From NCBI GenBank assembly GCA_035300005.1, contig DATGVT010000070.1:1-24861 (forward strand): 24,861 bases of DNA, in the 5' to 3' direction. Below are positions 8,055 to 15,936 of this stretch, piece after piece. A program made the position numbers and the translations under genes. A model generated the notes under the pieces. It was not told the DNA's origin, made no database searches, and saw only the letters and a program-made list of their open reading frames with translations. Position 1 is the stretch's first letter. Each line of letters starts with the position of its first letter. The stretch comes from Candidatus Acidiferrales bacterium (GTDB lineage: Bacteria; Chloroflexota; Dormibacteria; Dormibacterales; Dormibacteraceae).

Positions 8055-8999
8055 CTAACTCCGCAGCGTCTCCAGGCCGGCGCGCAGCCGGCGCCAGCGC
8101 TGGTGGGCCTCCTCGACGCCGCACTTCTCGAAACGCAGCTCGTCGCCGGGCAGGAGCTGCGCGGCCAGCGGAAGGTCGGCCCGGGCCACGCCGGCCACCA
8201 CCGGATATCCGCCGGCGGTCTGGTGGTCGGCCATGAGCAGGATCGGCTGCCCGGAGGCGGGGACCTGCAGGCAGCCGCCGGCGAGGCCGAAGGACAGCAG
8301 TTCCGGGCCGGTGATCTCCAGCGGCGGACCTTCGAGCCGGAAGCCCATCCGGTCGGCGTCCCGGCTGACCCGAAACGACTCCCGGAAGAGCGCGCGCCGG
8401 GAGGCCGGGCTGAGCCTCGACAGGTGGGGACCGGGCACCGCCGCCAGCCGGGCGGGGCTGGCGTAGGCGGGGCGGCCCGCCGGAGGCAGGAAGCGGCCCG
8501 CCACCGCCGGCCGCACACCGGGGCCGGCGCGGCCCAGCTCGTCCCCGGCCTTCAACGGTCGGCCCTCGACCCCGCCGCGCCGCACCAGCAGGTAAGTCGC
8601 GACCGAGCCCAGCCAGCGGTCGCCGGCCAGGCCTCCGTCCACGCCGACGTAGCAGCGGGCCCCCTGGCGGCGGCCGCTGAAGGTCAGCTGGTCGCCGGGC
8701 GCCAGGAAGTGGCTGGTCCAGCCCGCCACCGGCTGGCCGTTGACGCTGGGCGCGAAGTCGGCGCCGGTGATCGCCACCAGGCAGGGGCGCAGCGCCACCA
8801 GGTCCGGCCCCCCGAGGGCGCACTCGAGGGCGCCGGCGCCCTCCGGGTTGCCCACCAGCAGGTTGGCCGCCACCAGGGCGAAGCGGTCCATGGCGCCGCC
8901 CTCGGGGACGCCGCCCAGCCGGTGGCCGGGGCGGCCCAGGTCCTGAACCAGGCTGAAGGGACCCGGCTTCAAAACCCGAAGGGCCGCCTCGGCGCTCAT
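8055..8999 (-). CDS. pxpC: 5-oxoprolinase subunit C (KipA/AHS2)
   Basis: VQDLGRPG..GVP.GGAMD, GALE..LGGP, GARCY, DRMGFRL, GCLQVP.SGQPILLMADHQTAGGYP. Confidence 0.93.
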   Translation of the reverse strand: MSAEAALRVLKPGPFSLVQDLGRPGHRLGGVPEGGAMDRFALVAANLLVGNPEGAGALECALGGPDLVALRPCLVAITGADFAPSVNGQPVAGWTSHFLAPGDQLTFSGRRQGARCYVGVDGGLAGDRWLGSVATYLLVRRGGVEGRPLKAGDELGRAGPGVRPAVAGRFLPPAGRPAYASPARLAAVPGPHLSRLSPASRRALFRESFRVSRDADRMGFRLEGPPLEITGPELLSFGLAGGCLQVPASGQPILLMADHQTAGGYPVVAGVARADLPLAAQLLPGDELRFEKCGVEEAHQRWRRLRAGLETLRS

Positions 9000-9646
9000 C
9001 CGGCGCTGGCGAAGAAGCGCACGCGGTCGCCGGGCCGCAGGAGGGACGGCGGGTCGCTCTGGGGCAGGAACATGGGCACGCTGGTGGTGCCGATCAGGTG
9101 CCAGCCGCCCGGGGTCGGCAGCGGGTAGACGCCGGTCTGGAGGCCGGCGATGGCGACCGATCCCGCCGGCACCGAGGTCCGCGGCACCCGGCGCCGCGGC
9201 AGCTCCAGGCGCGGGTCCAGCGGGCCCAGGTAGGCCCAGCCGGGCACGAAGCCGACCATGAAGACCCGGTAGTAGGGCGCGGTGTGCAGCCGCACCAGCT
9301 CCCTGACCTCGAGCTTGAGCGCGTCCGCGGTCGCCTCCAGGTCGGGTCCGTCGTAGGCGACCGGGATGCGGTGCAGGCGCCCGACCGGCGCCGCCCTGGC
9401 CCGCAGGCCGGCCAGCCTCCTGACCGCCGCCGACAGCCCTCGGAAGGAGATCTGCTCGGGGTCGTAGTGCACGACCACGCTGGCGTAGCCGGCGATCGCC
9501 TCCCTGACCGCGTGGTGCTTGCGAAGCGCCGCCGCCAGGTGGAGGCAGCGCGTGTTGAGGGCGGTGTCCAGGCGGCGGCCCAAGTCGACCAGGGCCGCCG
9601 CGTCACCCAGCGGGTGGATCCTCGGCGACGAGCGCGGCGGTGGCAT
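8996..9646 (-). CDS. pxpB: 5-oxoprolinase subunit B (KipI/AHS1)
   Basis: PLGDAA, IPVAYDGPDL, GFVPGWAYLG, PRTSVPAGSVAIAG.QTGVYP..TPGGWHLIG, PGDRVRF. Start chosen at ATG 9646; the ORF track gives 9658. Confidence 0.93.
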   Translation of the reverse strand: MPPPRSSPRIHPLGDAAALVDLGRRLDTALNTRCLHLAAALRKHHAVREAIAGYASVVVHYDPEQISFRGLSAAVRRLAGLRARAAPVGRLHRIPVAYDGPDLEATADALKLEVRELVRLHTAPYYRVFMVGFVPGWAYLGPLDPRLELPRRRVPRTSVPAGSVAIAGLQTGVYPLPTPGGWHLIGTTSVPMFLPQSDPPSLLRPGDRVRFFASAG

Positions 9647-10271
9647 GAGCGGAGACAAGGATGGCGTAGAAGACGCCGGGCAGGACGCCGGCGCCGCAGA
9701 GGGCGGAGCCGGCCAGCCCCAGTGCCCAGCCAGTCACGATCCCGGCCGCGACCAGGTTCCAGGTCTGGAAGCGGCGGCGCAGGAGCCGGAAGCCGGCGGC
9801 GAGGTCGAGGAAGTCGCGGACCCCGCCTTGCGCGAGGCGAGCTGTGGCGGGGGGCATCACCGCCAGCAGGAGCAGGCCCCAGGGCAGGGCGAGCGGGGAG
9901 CCGGCCAGGGTGAGCGCGTAGAGGCGGTCCAGGAAGGGGTCGCGCTGGGGCCAGAGCTGCAGCGCCAGCACGCCCGAGGCGGCCGGCCACCAGAGGGCGG
10001 CGAAGGGCGCGGTCAAGAGGGCCACCGCCAGCGCCACCAGGGCGCCGTCGGCGAGCTGCCGGGGGGCCAGGCGCCAGGGCGGCGGCGGCGCCGCCGGGTC
10101 GGCCGCCGACGCGCGCACCGCCTCCACCGAGTAGCCGAGCAGGGGAACGGCGCCCAGCGGCAGGAGCAGGACGCAGAGCGGTCCGGCCACCCAGCTCCAG
10201 CGGAAGCCGCCCTGAAACGGATACCCGAAGGCGCGCACCAGGCGGCTCGACGGCGCGCTGCCGGCGCTCAA
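9603..10271 (-). CDS. Multi-pass membrane protein, DUF4013-like
   Basis: AFGYPF..W, PLLGY..E..R..PPPW..LADG pattern with 4-5 hydrophobic segments. TTG 10271 follows GGAGG, but the start is uncertain. Confidence 0.7.
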   Translation of the reverse strand: MSAGSAPSSRLVRAFGYPFQGGFRWSWVAGPLCVLLLPLGAVPLLGYSVEAVRASAADPAAPPPPWRLAPRQLADGALVALAVALLTAPFAALWWPAASGVLALQLWPQRDPFLDRLYALTLAGSPLALPWGLLLLAVMPPATARLAQGGVRDFLDLAAGFRLLRRRFQTWNLVAAGIVTGWALGLAGSALCGAGVLPGVFYAILVSAHATAALVAEDPPAG

Positions 10272-10295
10272 AGGCCTCCCCGTAAGATGGGCCGG

Positions 10296-11129
10296 TTGGA
10301 CACCGAGCAGATCATGGCGGTCGCCCTCGAGCAGGCCGGTCTGAGCGAGGTGCCGGCCGACTCCGCAATCTACATCCCGGGGTCGGGGCTCCGGCGGGCG
10401 CTGTTCGGGATCGACGTCGAGGTCGGCGAGCTGCTCTTCGCGCGCGATGCGGGGTTCGACGTGGTGGTCGCCCACCATCCGATCGGCGGCAACCCGGTGG
10501 CCCGCTTCGCGCAGGTGATGTGGGGCATGGTCGACCAGATGGCCGAGGCCGGGGTCGCGGAGCCGATCGCGCGCGCCGCGGTGGCGGCGCGGATCCGCAA
10601 GCGCGGGCGGCGGCGGCATGTCTCCAACTACAACCGCGTACTGGACACGGCGCGTCTGATCGGGCTCCCGCTGCTGAACATCCACCTGCCGCCGGACATC
10701 GTGTCCCGCGCCTTCGTCCAGCGCTGGTTGACGCAGCGCGTCAGCGAGGACTCCCAGGTCGGTGACCTGCTGCAGGCTCTGGCTGAGATCCCGGAGGTGC
10801 GCGGCTCGCTCTTCCAGCCGGAGGCGTGGATCGGCGAGCCCGAGAACCCGGTCGGGCGTTACGTGGTGGCGATGGCAGGCGGCACCAACGGCGGGTTCTC
10901 GGTCTTCAAGACCTACTTCGACGCCGGCGTGAGCACCATCATCGCCATGCACATCGACGAGGACGACCTGCGCCAGCTGCAGCAGGCGGCTCCGGCCGGC
11001 GCCAACCTGGTCATCGCCGGCCACATGGCGATGGACTCGATCGGCCTCAACCGGCTGATCGACGGCCTGCAGGAGCGCGGGCTCGAGGTCCGGCGGACGA
11101 GCGGCATCATCGCGCCCGACGGTCGCTAG
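10296..11129 (+). CDS. NIF3/YbgI (DUF34)-like dinuclear metal-binding protein
   Basis: GIDV, VVAHHP, LLNIH.PPD, IAMH, AGHMAMDS.GLN metal-ligand pattern. Start is TTG 10296 (7 nt after TAAGAT) or in-frame ATG 10287. Confidence 0.8.
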   Translation: MDTEQIMAVALEQAGLSEVPADSAIYIPGSGLRRALFGIDVEVGELLFARDAGFDVVVAHHPIGGNPVARFAQVMWGMVDQMAEAGVAEPIARAAVAARIRKRGRRRHVSNYNRVLDTARLIGLPLLNIHLPPDIVSRAFVQRWLTQRVSEDSQVGDLLQALAEIPEVRGSLFQPEAWIGEPENPVGRYVVAMAGGTNGGFSVFKTYFDAGVSTIIAMHIDEDDLRQLQQAAPAGANLVIAGHMAMDSIGLNRLIDGLQERGLEVRRTSGIIAPDGR

Positions 11130-11907
11130 TCCGACGGTCGTCGGATTCGACGGGGACGACACCCTTTGGCATTCGGAGTCGCTCTTCAACCTCACCCAGG
11201 AACGGCTGCGCGAGCTGCTGCGTCCCTACGCCCCGGGCGAGGAGCTGGACCGGCGCCTGGCCGCCACCGAGCGCCGCAACCTGGAGCTCTTCGGATACGG
11301 CATCAAAGGCTTCACGCTCTCCATGGTCGAGACCGCGATCGAGGTCAGCGGGGGGAGGGTGACGGGAGCCGAGATCGAGGCCATCCTGGAGGCCGGCAAG
11401 GCGATGCTCCGGCAGCCGGTCCAGGTGCTGGACGGAGTGGCCGATGTCCTGGACCAGCTGGGCCGAGGGCACCGGCTGGCGCTGGTGACCAAGGGCGACC
11501 TCTTCGACCAGGAGAGCAAGCTGGCGCGCTCGGGCCTGGCCGGCCGCTTCTGGCGGATCGAGATCCTCTCCGAGAAGGACCCGGCCGCCTACCGGCGGCT
11601 GCTGAGAAGGTGGCGCGTGCGGGCGGACGCCTTCCTCATGGTGGGGAACTCGCTGCGCTCGGACGTGATCCCGGTCCTGGCCGTGGGCGGGCGGGCGGTG
11701 CACATCCCCTACCACGTGACCTGGGCGCACGAGCTGGCCGAAGCGCCCGCGGGTGCCTACTTCACGCTGCAGTCGATCCGGGATCTGCCGGCTCTGCTGG
11801 CCAGGCTCGCAGCTCGCCCACCAGGTAGAGCGAGCCGCAGACGAGCACCGTCCCCTCGTCTCCCGCCAGCCGGCGGGCGTTCGCCAGGGCGGCCGCGGAG
11901 GGCGTGA
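11119..11907 (+). CDS. HAD-superfamily hydrolase; start codon unresolved
   Basis: The frame upstream of the listed ATG 11323 encodes motif I VVGFDGDDTLWHSE and YGIKGFTLSM; downstream are TKGDLFDQESK, EILSEK and MVGNSLRSDV. No ATG/GTG/TTG lies between the in-frame TGA at 11056 and motif I; 11119 is an in-frame ACG. Confidence 0.82.
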   Translation, partial: TVASPTVVGFDGDDTLWHSESLFNLTQERLRELLRPYAPGEELDRRLAATERRNLELFGYGIKGFTLSMVETAIEVSGGRVTGAEIEAILEAGKAMLRQPVQVLDGVADVLDQLGRGHRLALVTKGDLFDQESKLARSGLAGRFWRIEILSEKDPAAYRRLLRRWRVRADAFLMVGNSLRSDVIPVLAVGGRAVHIPYHVTWAHELAEAPAGAYFTLQSIRDLPALLARLAARPPGRASRRRAPSPRLPPAGGRSPGRPRRA

Positions 11908-13060
11908 CCGGCTCGCCCCCGGCTCCGTAGAGGCTGGCCAGCAGGGCGGGGTCCGCGGCCCGGGTCCCAGCGCTGGCGGCGGCCGTGAAGAAGACCTTCG
12001 CCGGCTCCATGGCGTGCAGGCGCTCGAGGAGGGCGGGCAGGTCCTTGTCGGCCATGGACCCGAAGACGACCACCAGCCGGGCGGCGCCGATCAGGCGCCG
12101 CAGGTCGGCGAGCAGGCGGTCGAGCCCGTCCGGGTTGTGGCCGCCGTCCAGGAGCAGCCGCGGCCGCTCGGCGACCACCTCCAGACGGCCGGGCCAGCGG
12201 GTGCCGGCCAGCCCCCGGCGGACCTCGGTTACACGTGTAACATCGCCCAGCGCCCGGGCGGCGGCGACGGCCAGCGCCGCGTTCTCGGCCTGGTGCATGC
12301 CCAGCAGCGGAACCGGCAGCCGCCGGTATTCGAACCCAGGCCCCCGGAGGTCGATCTCGGAACCCTCCCAGCCCCGCCAGCGGGCTTCCAGCTGGAGCTC
12401 GCGGCCCAGCCGCCAGAGGCTGGCGCCGGCCGCGGCGGCGGCTGCCTCCACGACCGCCAGCTCCGGGCCTCGGCAGCCGGTGACGGCCAGGTTGCCGGGC
12501 TTGATGATGGCGGCCTTCTCGGCCGCGATCGCCGCCACCGTCGGGCCCAGGTGCTGGACGTGGTCGAGGCTCACGTTGGTGATCACCGCCACCCCCAGGT
12601 CGAGCACGTTGGTGGCGTCCAGGCGCCCGCCCATGCCGACCTCGCAGACCAGCCTGTCCGCCCGCGGGGCCAGGTAGCTGAGGGCCAGCGCGGTCAGGAT
12701 CTCGAACTCGGTCGGGGGTCCGAGGTCGCCGGCGACCGCCTCCAGGTGGGGCAGGAGCGCCTCCAGCGCAGATGCGAAGTCCGCCTCCGAGATCGGCCGC
12801 GAGCCGAGCTGGACGCGCTCCCGGTAGCTGCTCAAGTGCGGCTTGGGCATCAGGCCCACCCGCAGCCCGGCCGCGCCCAGGATCGAGGCCAGAAACGCGC
12901 AGGTCGACCCCTTGCCGTTGGTGCCCGCCACCAGCGCCCCGCGGAGGCCGCGCTCGGGGTGGCCGAGGTGGTCCAGGATGGCCCGGATCCGCTGCAGTCC
13001 GAGCTTGACGCCGAACCGCCCCTGCGAGGTCACGTACTCGAGCGCCTGCTCGAAGGTCAG
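11762..13060 (-). CDS. folC: Folylpolyglutamate synthase / dihydrofolate synthase
   Basis: AGTNGKGS, PHL..YRER, TEFE, EVGMGGRLDATNV, DH..HLG, EKAAIIK, WPGRLE, LDGGHN, CGSLYL. The N-terminus TFEQALEYV lies upstream of the listed GTG 13033, implying a CTG start at 13060. Confidence 0.95.
   Translation of the reverse strand: MTFEQALEYVTSQGRFGVKLGLQRIRAILDHLGHPERGLRGALVAGTNGKGSTCAFLASILGAAGLRVGLMPKPHLSSYRERVQLGSRPISEADFASALEALLPHLEAVAGDLGPPTEFEILTALALSYLAPRADRLVCEVGMGGRLDATNVLDLGVAVITNVSLDHVQHLGPTVAAIAAEKAAIIKPGNLAVTGCRGPELAVVEAAAAAAGASLWRLGRELQLEARWRGWEGSEIDLRGPGFEYRRLPVPLLGMHQAENAALAVAAARALGDVTRVTEVRRGLAGTRWPGRLEVVAERPRLLLDGGHNPDGLDRLLADLRRLIGAARLVVVFGSMADKDLPALLERLHAMEPAKVFFTAAASAGTRAADPALLASLYGAGGEPVTPSAAALANARRLAGDEGTVLVCGSLYLVGELRAWPAEPADPGSTAA
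12227..12242. promoter_or_regulatory. parS: parS-like site (copy 2, inside folC)
   Basis: GGTTACACGTGTAACA is the exact reverse complement of the 16-mer at 1814-1829. Confidence 0.8.
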
Positions 13061-13905
13061 GGGCGGCGCCGCTCCTCGGCCAGCAGCGTGTTGCGGACCA
13101 GCATGGCGCGCGTCAGGGGACCCACCCCGCCGGGCGAAGGCGAAAGGAAGGCGGCTTTCTCCGCCACCTCCGGGTGCACGTCGCCCACCTGCTCGCCGGC
13201 GATCCAGTTGACACCGACGTCGACCACGGCCGCGCCCGGCTTGACCATGGCGGCCCGGATCGCGTGCGGGCGACCGATGGCGACGACCAGGATGTCCGCC
13301 TCCCGGCAGGCGGCGGCCAGGTCCGCGGTCTTGGAGTGGCAGACGGTGACGGTCGCGTCCCGGCGGAGGAGCATGACCGCCACCGGCTTGCCCACGATGT
13401 TGCTGCGGCCGACCACCGTCGCCCGCCGGCCCCCGATCGCGACTGCGTAGTGGTCGAGCAGCCCGATGATCCCGGCCGGCGTGCTGGGCTCCAGGCCGGG
13501 TTCCCCGAGCAGGAGCCGGCCGGCGTTGAAGGGATGCAGCCCGTCCACGTCCTTGGCCGGGTCAACCGCTTCCAGCACCTGCGCGGTGTCCACCTGCCGG
13601 GGGAGCGGCAGCTGCACGAGGACGCCGCTGACGCGCTGGTCGCGGCTCAGCTCCGAGACCAGCTGGATCACGTCCTGCGTGTGGCTCTGGGCGGGCAGGT
13701 GATGGTCGGAAGAGGCGATCCCGACCCGCTCGCAGTCGCGGCGCTTCATGCGCACGTAGGTCGCCGAGCCGGGGTCGTCGCCCACCAGGACGGCCGCCAG
13801 GTAGGGCTGCGAGCGGCCCTCCTCCAGGCGCCGGCGCACGCCCGCGGCCACCTCGTCGAGCACCGAGGCCGCCAGCCCGCGGCCCTCCATCAGGACGGCG
13901 CTCAC
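13057..13905 (-). CDS. folD: Bifunctional methylene-THF dehydrogenase/cyclohydrolase
   Basis: LAAVLVGDDPGS..YV.MK, GVLVQLPLP, KDVDGLHP.N.G, STP.GI, VGRSNIVGKP, VIDVG-like VVDVG, PGGVGPLT. Confidence 0.97.
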   Translation of the reverse strand: MSAVLMEGRGLAASVLDEVAAGVRRRLEEGRSQPYLAAVLVGDDPGSATYVRMKRRDCERVGIASSDHHLPAQSHTQDVIQLVSELSRDQRVSGVLVQLPLPRQVDTAQVLEAVDPAKDVDGLHPFNAGRLLLGEPGLEPSTPAGIIGLLDHYAVAIGGRRATVVGRSNIVGKPVAVMLLRRDATVTVCHSKTADLAAACREADILVVAIGRPHAIRAAMVKPGAAVVDVGVNWIAGEQVGDVHPEVAEKAAFLSPSPGGVGPLTRAMLVRNTLLAEERRRP

Positions 13906-15059
13906 GGCAGGCCCAGCTGCCGGCGGGCCGCCTCCGCGACCAGGCGCTGCACCCGCGTCAGGTCCTGGCCCGAGGCGGCGGCCAGGCGGCGGACGTCTTC
14001 GAACTCGGGAGCCACGTCCACCGCCGCTCCCCCCACCTCCTTGACCTTGACCCGCGCCCGCCCCAGCGGCGTCTCCACCTCCAGCAGCCGGCGGCCGGCC
14101 AGCACCCGGGCCGCCCGCGTGACGCGGACGCCGAGGGTGGTGCTGGACTCCAGGACGCGCCGGGCCAGCTCCGGCGCCCGCTCGGGTTCGCAGAGGACGG
14201 AGAGCAGGTGTCCGAGCCGGCCTTTCTTCATCAGGAGCGGGGTGACGCTGACGTCCAGGGCGCCCGCCGCCAGCAGGTCCTCGACCAGGGCCGCCAGCAG
14301 GTTGGGGGCCATGTCGTCCAGGTTGGTCTCGATCACGGAGACGCCGCCCGCCGGCTCGGCGGGCTCGCCCAGCCAGACGGCCAGCCCGTTGCCGGGGCGG
14401 TCGCGGGTGCCGATCCCGTAGCCGACCCGCGCCAGGGTCAGCGTCGGCCGCTCGAAGCGGGCGGCCACGGCCAGGAAGGCGGCGCCGGTGGGGGTGACCA
14501 GCTCCTCGCGCCTGGGGTCCGGCTCCAGCACCGCGCCGGCGCCCGCCAGCAGGCGCAGGGCGGCGGGAGCGTTGTGGGGTAGGCCGTCTCCGCCCAACCC
14601 ACTGGGGGCCGGCAGCGGGGAGGCGTAGGCCTGGCTCACCCCCAGCCCGTCGAGCAGCCAGAAAGCGCCCACCAGGTCGACCAGCGTGTCGGCGCCGCCC
14701 AGCTCGTGCAGGTGCACCTCGGCCGCCGGACGGCCGTGCAGCGCCGCCTCGGCCTCACCCAGCCGGCGCAGCGCCTCCAGCGCCCGCTCGCGGACGCCGG
14801 CGGGGAGGTCGGCGCCGGCCACGGCGGCTTCCAGCTCCGGGAGGCGGCGAGCGCGCCCCTCGCGAACGGAGACCACGACCTGCGTCCCGCCCAGGTGGCC
14901 GCGTTCCGCCCGCCGCACCTCCAGGCCGACCTCGCCGGCCAGGCCCAGCGTCTCCACCGCCGCCTCCAGCAGCGAGCGCGGCGCCCCGGCGTCCAGCAGG
15001 GCGCCCAGCGTCATGTCGCCGGAGATGCCCGAGAAGCAGTCGAAGTAGGCGATCGTCAC
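13902..15059 (-). CDS. larC: Nickel-pincer cofactor nickel insertase LarC
   Basis: IAYFDCFSGISGDM.LGALLDAG, EA..HG, VHLHELG, VTPTGAA, ETNLDD, MKKGR, TTLGVR, PEFED. GTG start at 15059 overlaps the folB stop. Confidence 0.92.
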   Translation of the reverse strand: MTIAYFDCFSGISGDMTLGALLDAGAPRSLLEAAVETLGLAGEVGLEVRRAERGHLGGTQVVVSVREGRARRLPELEAAVAGADLPAGVRERALEALRRLGEAEAALHGRPAAEVHLHELGGADTLVDLVGAFWLLDGLGVSQAYASPLPAPSGLGGDGLPHNAPAALRLLAGAGAVLEPDPRREELVTPTGAAFLAVAARFERPTLTLARVGYGIGTRDRPGNGLAVWLGEPAEPAGGVSVIETNLDDMAPNLLAALVEDLLAAGALDVSVTPLLMKKGRLGHLLSVLCEPERAPELARRVLESSTTLGVRVTRAARVLAGRRLLEVETPLGRARVKVKEVGGAAVDVAPEFEDVRRLAAASGQDLTRVQRLVAEAARRQLGLP

Positions 15060-15421
15060 CGGGCCGCCACCCTCGAGCGGCGGATCTCGACCCCGAAGGA
15101 ACGGAACTCGCCGTCCAGCGGCGGCCGCTTGTGCACGCGCACGGTGGCCGCCTCCACCCGCGGCAGCTCCAGCAGGCGGTCGGCGATCCGTTCCGCCACC
15201 GCTTCCAGGAGGTGGCACGGCTCTCCCTCTACGACCTCCCGGACCGCCTGGTAGGCCTCGGCGTAGTTGATGGTGCGGTCGAGGCGGTCGCTGCGGGCGG
15301 CCTCGCCGAGGTCGCCTTCCAGCTCGACGTCCACCGTGAAGCGGGCGCCCAGCTCACGCTCGGCCGGAAAGACGCCGTGGCGGCCGAAGAAGGCCATCCC
15401 CTCCATGAGGATGCGGTCCAC
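15056..15421 (-). CDS. folB: Dihydroneopterin aldolase
   Basis: DRI..EG..F.G.HGV...ER..G.RF.VD, SD.L..TINY, LLEAVAERIA, VRVHK.P. Confidence 0.95.
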   Translation of the reverse strand: MDRILMEGMAFFGRHGVFPAERELGARFTVDVELEGDLGEAARSDRLDRTINYAEAYQAVREVVEGEPCHLLEAVAERIADRLLELPRVEAATVRVHKRPPLDGEFRSFGVEIRRSRVAAR

Positions 15422-15453
15422 GTCTCGATTATCCCGGCTATGCTCCCAGCGCC

Positions 15454-15936
15454 ATCGGGACGCTGCAGGTCTTCGGGCTGGAGATCGCGACGAGCCTTCT
15501 GCTCTTCGGGCTGCTGGCCTGGTGGTACGCCTGGCCGCGCCTCCGCGATCGGCCGCCGGCCGGAGCTCTGGTGCCGCTTCTGTTCGTGCACTGCTTCCGT
15601 ACCGTCGGCCTGAGCCTGCTGGCCCCTCAGATCGGAACCAACATGCCGGCCCAGGCCGCGGCCGAGATCGGCTACGGGGACCTGGTGGCCGCCGCCCTCG
15701 CCCTGCTGGCGATCCTCTCGCTGCGCTACCGCTGGGGGCCGGCCACGCTGCTGGTCTGGGTCTTCAGCATCTGGGGCATGGCCGACCTCGCCAACGCGAT
15801 GTACGTCGGCATCAGCTCCAACCTCACCAGCTACCAGCTCGGGCCGGGCTGGTACATCGTCACCTACTACGTACCCCTGCTCTGGGTCACGCACGTCCTG
15901 ATCGTCCTGCTGCTCGTCCGGCGGCGCCCGGCCTAG
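15454..15936 (+). CDS. Multi-pass membrane protein (unknown function); start unresolved
   Basis: The listed ORF 15571-15936 extends upstream in frame with a further TM segment (GTLQVFGLEIATSLLLFGLLAWWYAWP). No canonical start follows the in-frame TGA at 15406; ATC 15454 lies 9 nt after a TATGCT box. Confidence 0.75.
   Translation: MGTLQVFGLEIATSLLLFGLLAWWYAWPRLRDRPPAGALVPLLFVHCFRTVGLSLLAPQIGTNMPAQAAAEIGYGDLVAAALALLAILSLRYRWGPATLLVWVFSIWGMADLANAMYVGISSNLTSYQLGPGWYIVTYYVPLLWVTHVLIVLLLVRRRPA

Noticed and set aside
9519-10295. Apparent long N-terminal extensions or fusions (9519-11129, 5137-6354, 5128-6291, 20415-21794, 23036-24751)
   Set aside because: Family motifs begin only at the internal starts chosen; the extensions overlap genuine genes on another strand or frame.
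41-13180. Other CACGTG hexamers (about 43, 5900, 6337, 11704) as extra parS sites
   Set aside because: They lack the flanking GTTn/nAAC arms.
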